From Aplysia californica (lineage: Eukaryota), in contig NW_004797369.1 in the NCBI RefSeq assembly GCF_000002075.1, forward strand, positions 929,623 to 982,870: a DNA stretch of 53,248 nucleotides, given 5' to 3'. Below, piece after piece: positions 35,292-45,518 of the stretch (within the stretch, counting starts at the first letter, position 1; the number at the start of each line of letters is the position of its first letter). Below the pieces are notes generated by a model. That model saw nothing but the letters and a program-made list of their open reading frames with translations, ran no database searches and was not told where the DNA came from. A program made the translations under genes and the position numbers.

Positions 35292-35397
35292 ATACATACG
35301 TACATACGTACATACGTACATACGTACATACGTACATAACGTACATACGTACATACGTACATACGTACATACGTACATACGTACATACGTACATACA
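35292..35397. repeat. (TACATACG)n microsatellite
   Basis: Directly visible. Confidence 0.95.
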
Positions 35398-35608
35398 CGT
35401 GCATGTATCGATGTAGGCCTATTGATGCGAAGTACTTCGACCCTGACTATCAGGGCCAGTCCAGGCTTAGCGGTATACAAAGTCCATAGGCAGACAAGCG
35501 TAAGAACTCAATCAAGATTCTCCCCACGCGGGATCCTATGCCTTCTGCTTTGGAAGGCAAATCGTTTAATCGCTGCACTTGAGACGGCGATACGATGATG
35601 TATTCTTA

Positions 35609-35728
35609 TACGGGGTGCCCACTACGGCTGGATCGGGCCGATCGCCCGACTAGATCGCCTGAAACTGAAAACAAACACGTTTGTTTTTGAGGCGATCGAA
35701 TCGGGCCCATCCGTAGTGGGCACGCGTA
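35609..35728. mobile_element. 120-bp hairpin MITE with TTA target-site duplication (PIF/Harbinger-Tourist-like)
   Basis: TIRs TACGGGGTGCCCACTACGG and CCGTAGTGGGCACGCGTA, with TTA at 35606-35608 and 35729-35731. The interior is also self-complementary. Confidence 0.75.
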
Positions 35729-35963
35729 TTATATACACTTAACAAACGAGAAAAACAATCTCTGTTCACTTCAGAGTCGTCTACCAAATGAAATAACTTT
35801 CTCTAATAATCTTTTTTTAGTTTTGTTTTGTTTAGTTTTTGGATGCTTTTTTTTCTAAGCCGGTGCAAGGGAGGAGAGGGGTAGCGGTTGGGTAGATAAT
35901 GAAGAATGGCGTGTATGCCTTGTGTTTGGTATGGTTGTTTACTTTAAGAACACATTGCTCACT

Positions 35964-36150
35964 GGTGTCTTTAATGTAGCGATTAGGCACTTCGCTATCC
36001 CCCGCTGGAAACTCTAGTTCGATTCCTGAGTGGTGAGACCTTTAGTTATGTATCTCAGTCTTTCCTGTGGGATGTTGTGTCCCTCTCAGCCTGGTTTAGC
36101 GTGACAGACAGGCCCAAGCCCACCTCCAAAAAGTTCTAAATTGTGTTGGT
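35964..36150 (+). mobile_element. tRNA-derived SINE family B, interrupted near its 3' end
   Basis: GTAGCGATTAGG and TAGTTCGATTCC box-like motifs. Body similar to 40884-41113 (CCCTCTCA..., CTAAATTGTGTT). Confidence 0.55.
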
Positions 36151-36222
36151 AAGATAAGAGGTAAGATAAGATACATCTTTATTGTCCAGATCCTGGCACA
36201 TTGGTTTCTTGTTTCACCACGT

Positions 36223-36299
<77 letters not shown>

Positions 36300-37232
36300 T
36301 GCACACACACACGTAGGCTTACAATCACAAGCATAATATGACTGAGCAGCAATATAAACAATAATACTCTTAAGCTAGATACACACTCAATATTATTCGG
36401 ATGCATGCTCTAAGGTCGTGAGTATACTTATACAAGATGGTTAAGATGGAAGCATTTTGATAGATGATGGTAAAAATGACCTTCTATATCTTTCTTTGTT
36501 ACAGATCAGAAGCCTAGGTCTTTTATTTCCTACTGATGTTTTTATTTGAGGGAACAAGGGATCTTTATTGTGTAAAAAGATGGAATTAAATTTTTTTGTG
36601 CAAGCTGTTATGTACAATTCATCCAAGTAGGGGAGTGTAGATGTTGAAATTTTACATGCTTTCCATATTAGTCGATTTAATTTCTCTTTATTTTGTTGTC
36701 TTGTGCTCCCAGCCCATGCTGTTATACAAAAATTGATCATACTTTCGATGGTTGCATGGCAGAATATGGACATCAATGTTTTCTCAACTTTAAAATACTT
36801 TAGCTTCCTTAGAAAAAATAGTCTTTTTTTCACTTTATTTATGCAGGAGAGAGGTGTGGACACGCCAGTTGAGTTTGTTGTCTATTGTAACTCCCACATA
36901 CTTATAGTCTGACACTTACTCGACGTTTTCACATTTAATTTCGAGTGGCTGCAGGGGCAGTTTCTTTATTTTAAAATCAAAAACAAGTTCTTTTGGTTTT
37001 TTTCACATTTAAAAGCAGCTTACGATTTTCACACCATTCAGCAAAGTTAAGTACAAAATTCCGGTTCTGGTAAACGGTTTTTGTTATGGTCAGTCTGAAT
37101 TAGCCCAATTATGGTTGAATCATCTGCAAATTTTATCAACTTAACGTTACTGTTGTTTATTTGACAATCGTTCGTGTAAAGTGTGAATAAAACTGGTGAC
37201 AAAACACATCCTTGAGGGGCGCCTGTATTTGT
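36151..37232 (-). mobile_element. 5'-truncated LINE, Rex/Babar (CR1-L2 group)-like RT and C-terminal region
   Basis: TGAPQGCVLSPVLFTLYTNDC, KFADD, and KKRLFFLRKLK...IESMINFCITAWAG (DUF1891-like). The 3' end has AATAAA and (TATCT)n-like repeats. Frameshifted, with an embedded (CA)n at 36225-36310. Confidence 0.85.
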
Positions 37233-37527
37233 ATGTTGATGAAGAATGATGGGGGTGTAAGAACACCTAGGTTGAAAAATAATAATAACATTGCCCTTTA
37301 TGAGTATGCGTCCAGATACATGGATACTTGCATTAGGCAAAAACAGCGTTAAATCGTAAAGACTGCACATTAATTTACAGTGTGGCTGAGATCACCGTAT
37401 CGTCGTGTGAAAAGATAAGTCTTAGAGAAACTTTGAGAAGCAAAAAAGAAACACTCATGTAAAAATCAGCAAGTTGTTAATCGACCGTGCCACGCCTTTT
37501 CTTGATGGACCTTGAATGGGATAATCC

Positions 37528-37842
37528 AGTCACTTCTTGTTTAGACAACCCGGAACTGGATAGTCGAGTCGAATCACATCCTGTTTAGACAGGTCATGAA
37601 CTGATTAGTCGAGTCAAGTCACATTGTACAGGTGAAAACCGTTCGTTTCTTGACAAAATGGGCCTGGAACTGGTTAGTCGAGTCTATACACTTTTTGCTT
37701 AGACGGACCCTGAACTGGTTAGTCGAGTCGAGTCACTTCCTATTTAAACAGGTCCTGAACTGGTTAGTTTCTAGACTAACTGTGATCCCAACTGGTTAGT
37801 CGAGTCGAGTCACTTCATGTCCAGATGAACCCTGAACTGATG
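37528..37842. repeat. ~45-bp minisatellite (about 6 degenerate units) immediately 3' of paralog 4
   Basis: Consensus GAACTGGTTAGTCGAGTCGAGTCACTTCCTGTTTAGACAGGTCCT. Confidence 0.85.
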
Positions 37843-37880
37843 CCTCGTCACTGTTTGTCGACTTTTGTTCTCTTAAGTAA

Positions 37881-39593
37881 CTAATGGTAAAGCCAGCATA
37901 AAGCTTTGTACAAATCGCATAGCACCAGGCTCCCAAATATCGGGAAAAAAGTACAAACAAACACGAGGAAACCAACTGCAGTACTTGACGGCCTGTCATC
38001 CGTGGCGGACGTTTTGCTCCTTACTGTTTTGGAGAGGTCCTCTTTTAGAACATAGAGATAACTCTGGATGGCTGCTATCTCTGAGGACAAGGCTGTCCTA
38101 TTGAGCATGTCTCGATGAGTATAAAAAGCTCGTGGACATGAACAGGGGCACAAGTTAACTCTGACTAGTGGGGTTGGGCTCGGGCTTACTTCATCAACTC
38201 TGTAGTGGAAATTCACAAGTGGCACGGCCCAACCAGAAACTGATCTTTTGACATTAATGATAGAACCAGTAAACGGACAACTTTCACCGTTTACTTCGAT
38301 TTTATTCTCTAAATCGTTTGAAGAAATGAGTATTTCTTTAGAGCAATAACGAGAGGTTCCCCCCTCATCTTCGGGTTCCGAAAGTGTGTTCAGTTCTGTA
38401 ATATCTACTCCAATTTGTATTTCATGTATACAGAGGCAGGATGCAATGATTATCATTTCATAATTGTTGTCGTCAAAAGTTAAAATTTCTGCACGATTGA
38501 CCCATTTGGATATAGGGTATAGAACAGTAGCTGACAAATCAAAAAGAATTGTTTCGTTGAACGGTGGCAAAACAAACTGTACAATCAACACAGGGTCAGA
38601 GGCATGAAGATGAGTAATAGTGTGGGCTTCTACTTGAAAATAGAGAAAAGTGGATGTATTTCGAGATGTGCTTTCTTTCATCTGAATATGTTCCAGGCCA
38701 GAAAAAGTTGTGGAGGGAGTTACGTAAACAATTTTGACGAAAGAAACCTTATTTTCGTTAGAAAAAGGCGTTAGAACATAATCTTGTCCCAAATCAGAAA
38801 CAGGGGGTAACTGCTCAATAAGCATATCTCTAAATTTGCACTTCTCATTCCCCATAAACACACAGTCAAAACTGGCCCCAGCAATGACAGCTACAGGTCT
38901 TTGTGCCCTGACCCAAGTACCTGTGAGGTCAGCTCCTTCACCCAAGATTTGCAGAACATCTAATGACTCCAAAGATTCTCGTAAAGATTGCCCCGAATAG
39001 AAAGTAATTGTATTTTTGTAATTGATACTACTGTCTGCGGGTTCGAAGGCAAACTCGATAGTGACATCATTGAATCCTTCTGAGTTCACGACGAGAAGGA
39101 AAGAAGACAAATGTACACTTTCGGTGACCACTAAATATTCACAGGATAGCAAACTGACGGGCATGACATTGAACGCTCCTGCAGATTTACCAGAACTTTC
39201 AGTTATCAGTATTTTAAAAGTTTTTGCATGAACCACAAGACCAGATGTGGACGTTATTAGAATTCCCTGGTTCTTCCCGATACCAGGCTTCTGGAAATGA
39301 ACCAAGTACTCCAGATTGAGCAGCCATTGTTCGTTTGAGGCGGATGTAAAGTTGTGTGAATATTCCTGAGTCTTTATTTCACCAGATAAAGACGTACGTG
39401 CGGGTGCTGTTACAGTGACCTCGACGTTCTGAACAATATCCTGTGAGAGAGGTGAAATGGCCAATGAAGGAACGGCGTAGTTGAGATGTTTTGGAAACGC
39501 TAACACGTACTTGACCAGCTCTTCAGCAAATATATCTGTAATGATCACAGAAAGGCACAAACACCGATGCCACTCTTGAATTTTTATGTTCAT
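37881..39593 (-). CDS. IgGFc-binding domain type I membrane protein, paralog 4 (570 aa, minimal stalk)
   Basis: Uninterrupted ORF. The first ATG is at 39593 (the ORF-track start is a GTG). Signal peptide MNIKIQEWHRCLCLSVIITDIFA, motifs DLTGTWVRAQRPVAVIAG and LIEQLPPV, TM VGFLVFVCTFFPIFGSLVL. Confidence 0.9.
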   Translation of the reverse strand: MNIKIQEWHRCLCLSVIITDIFAEELVKYVLAFPKHLNYAVPSLAISPLSQDIVQNVEVTVTAPARTSLSGEIKTQEYSHNFTSASNEQWLLNLEYLVHFQKPGIGKNQGILITSTSGLVVHAKTFKILITESSGKSAGAFNVMPVSLLSCEYLVVTESVHLSSFLLVVNSEGFNDVTIEFAFEPADSSINYKNTITFYSGQSLRESLESLDVLQILGEGADLTGTWVRAQRPVAVIAGASFDCVFMGNEKCKFRDMLIEQLPPVSDLGQDYVLTPFSNENKVSFVKIVYVTPSTTFSGLEHIQMKESTSRNTSTFLYFQVEAHTITHLHASDPVLIVQFVLPPFNETILFDLSATVLYPISKWVNRAEILTFDDNNYEMIIIASCLCIHEIQIGVDITELNTLSEPEDEGGTSRYCSKEILISSNDLENKIEVNGESCPFTGSIINVKRSVSGWAVPLVNFHYRVDEVSPSPTPLVRVNLCPCSCPRAFYTHRDMLNRTALSSEIAAIQSYLYVLKEDLSKTVRSKTSATDDRPSSTAVGFLVFVCTFFPIFGSLVLCDLYKALCWLYH

Positions 39594-40883
39594 GGTAAGG
39601 CAGTGACGGTGAGGAAACCTTGAAAGCAGCCTCCTCCTAATGGTCCTTCGTATAAACACCTAAAGAATTCAAAACCAATAGTTCGTATTATGATCTTTTT
39701 CGTTTGTCATAGTTACAATTTTGTTACTTTGGTTGGCAGGTCTCCCGTATTATCCTTGTACTGTGAAATTATTGCCCACAAGACCGTCTAGGTTACATAA
39801 AATTAAAGTATGTACATATCTTTTGTGTTTTTGTTGTGTATATATGAATAGTTCTCACAATGAAAATAATCTTCCCTGAAAGTGTAAAGAGAATCCGTTT
39901 CAAATTCCCATATCATAAGTTATATGGTACTGCTTTGTCTCTAGACGAAAAGAACACAGTAAGAAAAATATGACTGTGTACTGAACGCCCACAACATGTC
40001 CGATGCTACGATAAGACATCTTGAATAATAGTATAATAGTCGTCTCCTGATATCACACGAATCATCAAGAAAGAAACAGTCCATTATATATTGTGGACTA
40101 TACCACATTCGCTGATGTACAGGACCTTGGTGTAGTGCCAATTACAACTTTACTGGCAATCTATATTGAAAGTGTTTTGTGTTGATCGCTCTCCGACTGT
40201 GTTATCAAACATAGTTTTGAGCTTGAAACCATAGCATAAGCCGACTCTTTAATGTGTTGTCGTTTTGAACAAAACAAATCATAATTAATGAAAGGGAATG
40301 CAAGTCAAAGATGCACTGAGTTGTATCTAAAACCACCAGAAACCACAAGAAAAGCATAATACAATCCAGGGAAACTGGAAATTATTACCCGTAAGGAATG
40401 CCTCCGCTGTATATATATAGTTCTTACCTGAAACGTACCTTTTAGAATGTGTTCTTGTCAGCGGAAGTTTGATCACTCAACTCGTTTCCTCCGGTAGAAT
40501 GGCGTCAACCGTAGTTTGTCAAGAGCTCTGTGTTCTTTGTCGTGAGACCTCTGAGGAGAGGGGAAGGAAGGGGGTCTTTGTATTTGGGTCCCACTGAACA
40601 CATAAGACTTAGAGGTCTTCCGGGAAGTAGAGAGGTCGGTTTGTCGGCAATATGCGCTGGTACCACGAAAACTGAGGTTGGACGGAGGAAAAAGTAACGA
40701 TTTGATTAGCCATTGCCGGAAGGTTTGCCATTTACGTAAGCAGTAGCTGAAATAGGCCTATATTATGTTGGTTACATTAGCAGCAGCACAAAAAACGCAT
40801 TAATACGCTAGGGGACCGATTGAGTTCTTCAAGTTAGGCGACTCTTGATGGGAAACGACAATAGAATCAACATATTTCACCAG

Positions 40884-41113
40884 AGTCGATGGTGTAGCGG
40901 TTAGACGTTTCATCTGCGCACATAGAAGTAGACCCGAGTTCGATTCTCGTGTGAAGTCAATTACATATTACCGAATGTCTACCTCTAGAACTTTCTCCTA
41001 GGGTGTTTTAATCCCTCTCAACCCAGGTTGCCCTGCCAGGCAGTGTCAAAACCGGCCTTCCTCCTAATTGACCTAAATTGTGTTAAAGGGGGCGTAAAAC
41101 GTCTACATTAAAA
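40884..41113 (+). mobile_element. tRNA-derived SINE family B, near complete
   Basis: A box TGGTGTAGCGG, B box GAGTTCGATTC, 3' end GACCTAAATTGTGTTAAAGGGGGCGTAAAAC and a short A tail. Confidence 0.7.
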
Positions 41114-41322
41114 AAGCCTCACCCTTGTGCGTGAAGTAGGATTGTATCGAAAGTAGCTGAGGGACTTAATTATCGAAAAGTAGTAAGCACATATTATAGC
41201 TCTTCCAACCTGATCGACTGACCTGGTGACGCGACAACCGTTACCTGCAACATAACCAGGAGCATGCCAATAAGTAAACACAAGAATACAGAGCCAACGA
41301 GGGGGGAAGGGGGGGGGGGTGG

Positions 41323-41360
<38 letters not shown>

Positions 41361-43649
41361 AGAAAGAGACAGAGAGTAGAGTGGAAGGAGGGGGGGATGG
41401 AAGTTGAACAGAAAGAGAAGTGTAACTGTGGAGTGATTGAAGGATGGCATTGTAGACTCTTTGGGCTGTGATTATTTTGTAGAGTGTACATTTGCAGAAT
41501 AATTGTTTCTTGTAAGAAAGGATGCTAATAAACTAATAGAAATGAATACAGTAATACTCCCGGTCCTCACATCAATGTATGAAACTTTCTACAAACCGAT
41601 AGCTAGAACGTATGTTTCTATCCTTCTCCCCACCTCTAAAAAAAAGCGCACAAAAAACCAAAAAAACCAGCACTTTAAAAAAAAAAATCAGAATGGATAT
41701 AATATACTATCAAATATCTGAAATTGAAATTAAAAGTTACTCAACGGATATAATTTTAATTCATTTTAGCTTAACATTTTGAAACCTTTAATTTTTATTC
41801 ACCTATCAAATGAGACAAATACTCCTAGTGCACAATGATAGCACGATTAGTTTTTTCTTAGAATCTCGGATCTCTCGAAACTGTTTAGTGAAGATCGATG
41901 AATAATAGTGGATTGAAAACACTTCGAACATGATCAGTGAGGAAATAAGTCCACCCTTATGAGCGTAGAGCTGTTTGGGTTTTTAAAAAATATTTTCAAA
42001 ACTTATTTTTATGTTCGTGTTTTTATGCCCCGATCAACAAATTTTAGATAACTTAGAAAGCTGGCTACGACCCTCCCTGCCAGGGCCTACCAAAGCTGAT
42101 AGGGTCCAACGGCCAAGCAGAAAGATGGCCATCATAGTCATCATCAATATGCCAGAACGGAAGCAAACATTAGCGATCATGGTTCCCTTTTCATTTCTCG
42201 GCTCCGAAAAATACTATACTGTCCGAGAAAAACCTGTACTGTCCTGGTGATTCCCTGTCACCGATCTGTTCAGATTTTCAAAATCAGTTTCTCTAGGTCT
42301 AATCCCGCCTCGTTTGCCTTCTACTTTGCCAGTGAAAGCAAGATGTTCAAAGCTCTTATCGATTCAAGTGTCCCAGAAACTGCATTTGTCGCTTCTTTGT
42401 TCTTATTAATAAGCGGTTTTTGTTTCTAAGCCTGTCTGACCTTTTCCGACTTTTCCTCATCCCGGAACGTTTCTTTCTGCAGCCTCTTCTCCTTCCCCTT
42501 TTCCTTGGTACCTTTTTTGGCGATAATGCCGGGAGCGTCGTCAAGGGAGCACGATCTCCGTAGCTCCCGCGCCGTTTCCCTTTTAAAGAAATATAATTTA
42601 AACTCATGATGCGTTTTTATAACTTGGGAATTTATACTGTAACCCTGGCAGAGCCCCATACCAGGGAAGGGGACACATTCATGCCTGGCTCCGCCCCCGA
42701 GGTCGCCAAATACCCACATAAGCGACTGACTAACCCGCAGCCATACATCCCGTGGGCACGTTGGTACATCTTGGTCTTAGGGATTTTTTGTCGAGGTTGT
42801 CTCCTCTAGATCCGTTGTGTTCCGTTCCTGAACCGCAAGGTTTAGGATAACAGTGTCACCTCTGGAAGGATGTGGCTCTTCGCTCACGCACAACGGTCTT
42901 GAGATAATGAGAGGTTGGCTGGGTACATGGACTGGCAGCTCGAGATGCATGCCACTTTCACTGAAAAAAAAATCCAGCTATACCCAGAGGTGCCTAAGGG
43001 GGAGAGCTCGGTGTCTCCACAGTGTTTCCGCTTCCCAAGAACCTTAACATCATTACCCCCTGGGCTCCCGCCGTGGTTGATCGTGAGGTGAAATTTGACA
43101 AAGAAGTGTTGAAAACCCTGGAGAAAAAGTTGCAGGATGAAGAAGACAAGGAGACAGCAGAACACCACGCAATCATTAGGATGCGGGAAAGGCGGATAGA
43201 GAGGGGAGAAGGAAAAAATGAACGATTATCTGGAAAGGAAAGACGTCGCCATAATCCGACAGCCACCGGAACATTCAGTATGGATACCTTGCGGGCTTTG
43301 GTGTTGGGGGGAACTGAGCACTTATGGACCTGTCCGGTGTGCAATGACGTTGTTGCCCAGGACAGGTAATACAGGTAATAATAATAAGCGGACCTCGTGA
43401 GCTGTTTCCAGGGCTCACTCTTTTGATTTCTATTCGTTTCATAAAATTCGCCAAAGGCTAAAACGATTATTTCTGTTCCTTCTATTTTATTTCAACTTCA
43501 CCTGGTAATTGTCCAGCATTTATAGCTGTACAAACAGCTTGACTACACACAGCCTTTTAGAAACCTTATTATAGTTGTCATTGAAATATTTCTATTTTTA
43601 GACTAACCTCTACACAAAACAGTACAGGCTGTGAAAATAAAATAAGAGT

Positions 43650-44560
43650 AATTTTATTATGTCACCACACCTCTTTAGCATGTACACTGAAACAATCCTT
43701 AGAAACATAGAAGAATGTCCAGGTTTTAAAGTGAATGGCGAAAATATTAATAACATCAGATATGCCGATGACACTGTTTTAATAGCAGACTCAGAAAAGG
43801 ACATTCAATCGCTTCTAGATACTGTTGTAACAGAACATGAATGTAAAGGATTATTATTAAATGTAAAGGATACAGAATGCATGGTAATATCCAATAAAGC
43901 AGCGAATTCTATTTGTAATCTCATTAGCAAAGGCGAAAATATCAAACAAGTCCAACAGTTTAAATATCTAGGATACATAATAACATCTGAGGCAAAAGTT
44001 CCACAGAAATAAAATGGACAATTTTAATGGTTAAGGCTAGTTTTCATAAAATGAGCCCAATCCTGAGAAATAGAAACATCTCAATGACTACCAAAATGAA
44101 AGTTCTGAAGTGCTATGTATGATCAACCCTTCTATATGGCTGTGAATGCTGGACAATCTTTAAATACAGGGAAAATAGAATAGAAGCAACAGAAATCTGG
44201 TTTCTTGGGAGACTGCTGAGAATATAATGTGAGGAGAAGAAATCAAATGAGATAGTGCTTGATGAAGCCCTATTGGGACGCTCACTGTTCATATATAACA
44301 ATCAGGAAACGACTAAATGCAGTTTTCGGGACACCTGAATAGACATAAAGGTCTTGAACATCTAGTTTTCACTGGCAAAATTGAAGGCCAACGAGGCAGG
44401 GGTAGCCCCAGATCAACCTACCTAGGGGATCTAAACAAATGAGTAACGGGAAAGATAAGGGAAAGATAATTTTTTAAAGAGCTTCCGCGCAAAGGAATGA
44501 ATGGAGAACAATGATCGCCGATGTCTGTCGCAGATCTGGCACTGAATGATGATGATGATG
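43650..44560 (+). mobile_element. 5'-truncated RTE-clade (BovB-like) LINE
   Basis: SPHLFSMY...INNIRYADDTVLIAD...FKYLG, downstream LLYGCECWT, (TGA)n tail at about 44545-44560. Contains stops and frameshifts. Confidence 0.9.
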
Positions 44561-44989
44561 AATAGTTTTCACAACTTGTTTTGAGAACAGTTGACACTTT
44601 CTGAATACTGACAACGGTTTAGTCAGTCCTTTTCCTGGTACATGTACCATTTTTCGACTCGGCTTGCTTCCTCTAATTATGACACAGCATTCTTGGAGAA
44701 ATATCACTTATAAGGCAGACTGCAGTACTGTTGATCCTCAAAAGAGATGAAATAATACAGCATAATATCTATGTAGAAGCAAAACTATCTTATCTCTTTT
44801 GGCCCTTTTTACTCTTGCAATTCGTTTACTTGCCCTTTTCAAGTTGCATGTACTGTTTTAACAAATCCATCTAATTGATTTTTGCCTTTTTACTTTATGA
44901 ACCAAGGTTTTATAACATGTAACTTGCGAAAAAGATTATTGTAAATACAGTAAGAAAATGTGGTATTTAAGGAGAATACTTAAAATGTC

Positions 44990-45454
44990 CAAAAAGCCCC
45001 CCAAAGCCCAACCCCAGGTCTACGCCCCGGGAGGTGGAAACTGGACAAAGTAGGGGATTGCTGGGTTCAACGAAGTACGGTGTGGCTTTACGCCACTGAG
45101 GCGTCACGCTAGCTGTGAAGGAGAACCGGGTCACCCCGAAAAGTTGCAGGCTAACGGGGCTCTGGTGAAACTGTGACAGGCCTAGCAAGTCGGCAGCGGA
45201 TTATCTATTGTTTAAAAACACAAATAGAAGAAAGAAACGGACTGACATAGACGGAAAACGACCGGGAAACGTTAAAGAATTACGAGAAAGAATTTGTACT
45301 CTTAACATATGTGGCCTCAAAGACAAGGAACCGGAACTCATTACTTTCATGAAAAGGTGGAGAATACCAATACTTGAACTGTCGGATTGCCGTTTCAAAG
45401 GAATTGGGACTAAGAAAATACATGAAAATTACATACTAATATGGAGTGGAGTAG

Positions 45455-45518
<64 letters not shown>

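Noticed and set aside
37528-37842. CRISPR-like repeat
   Set aside because: Whole units are homologous, with no unique spacers.
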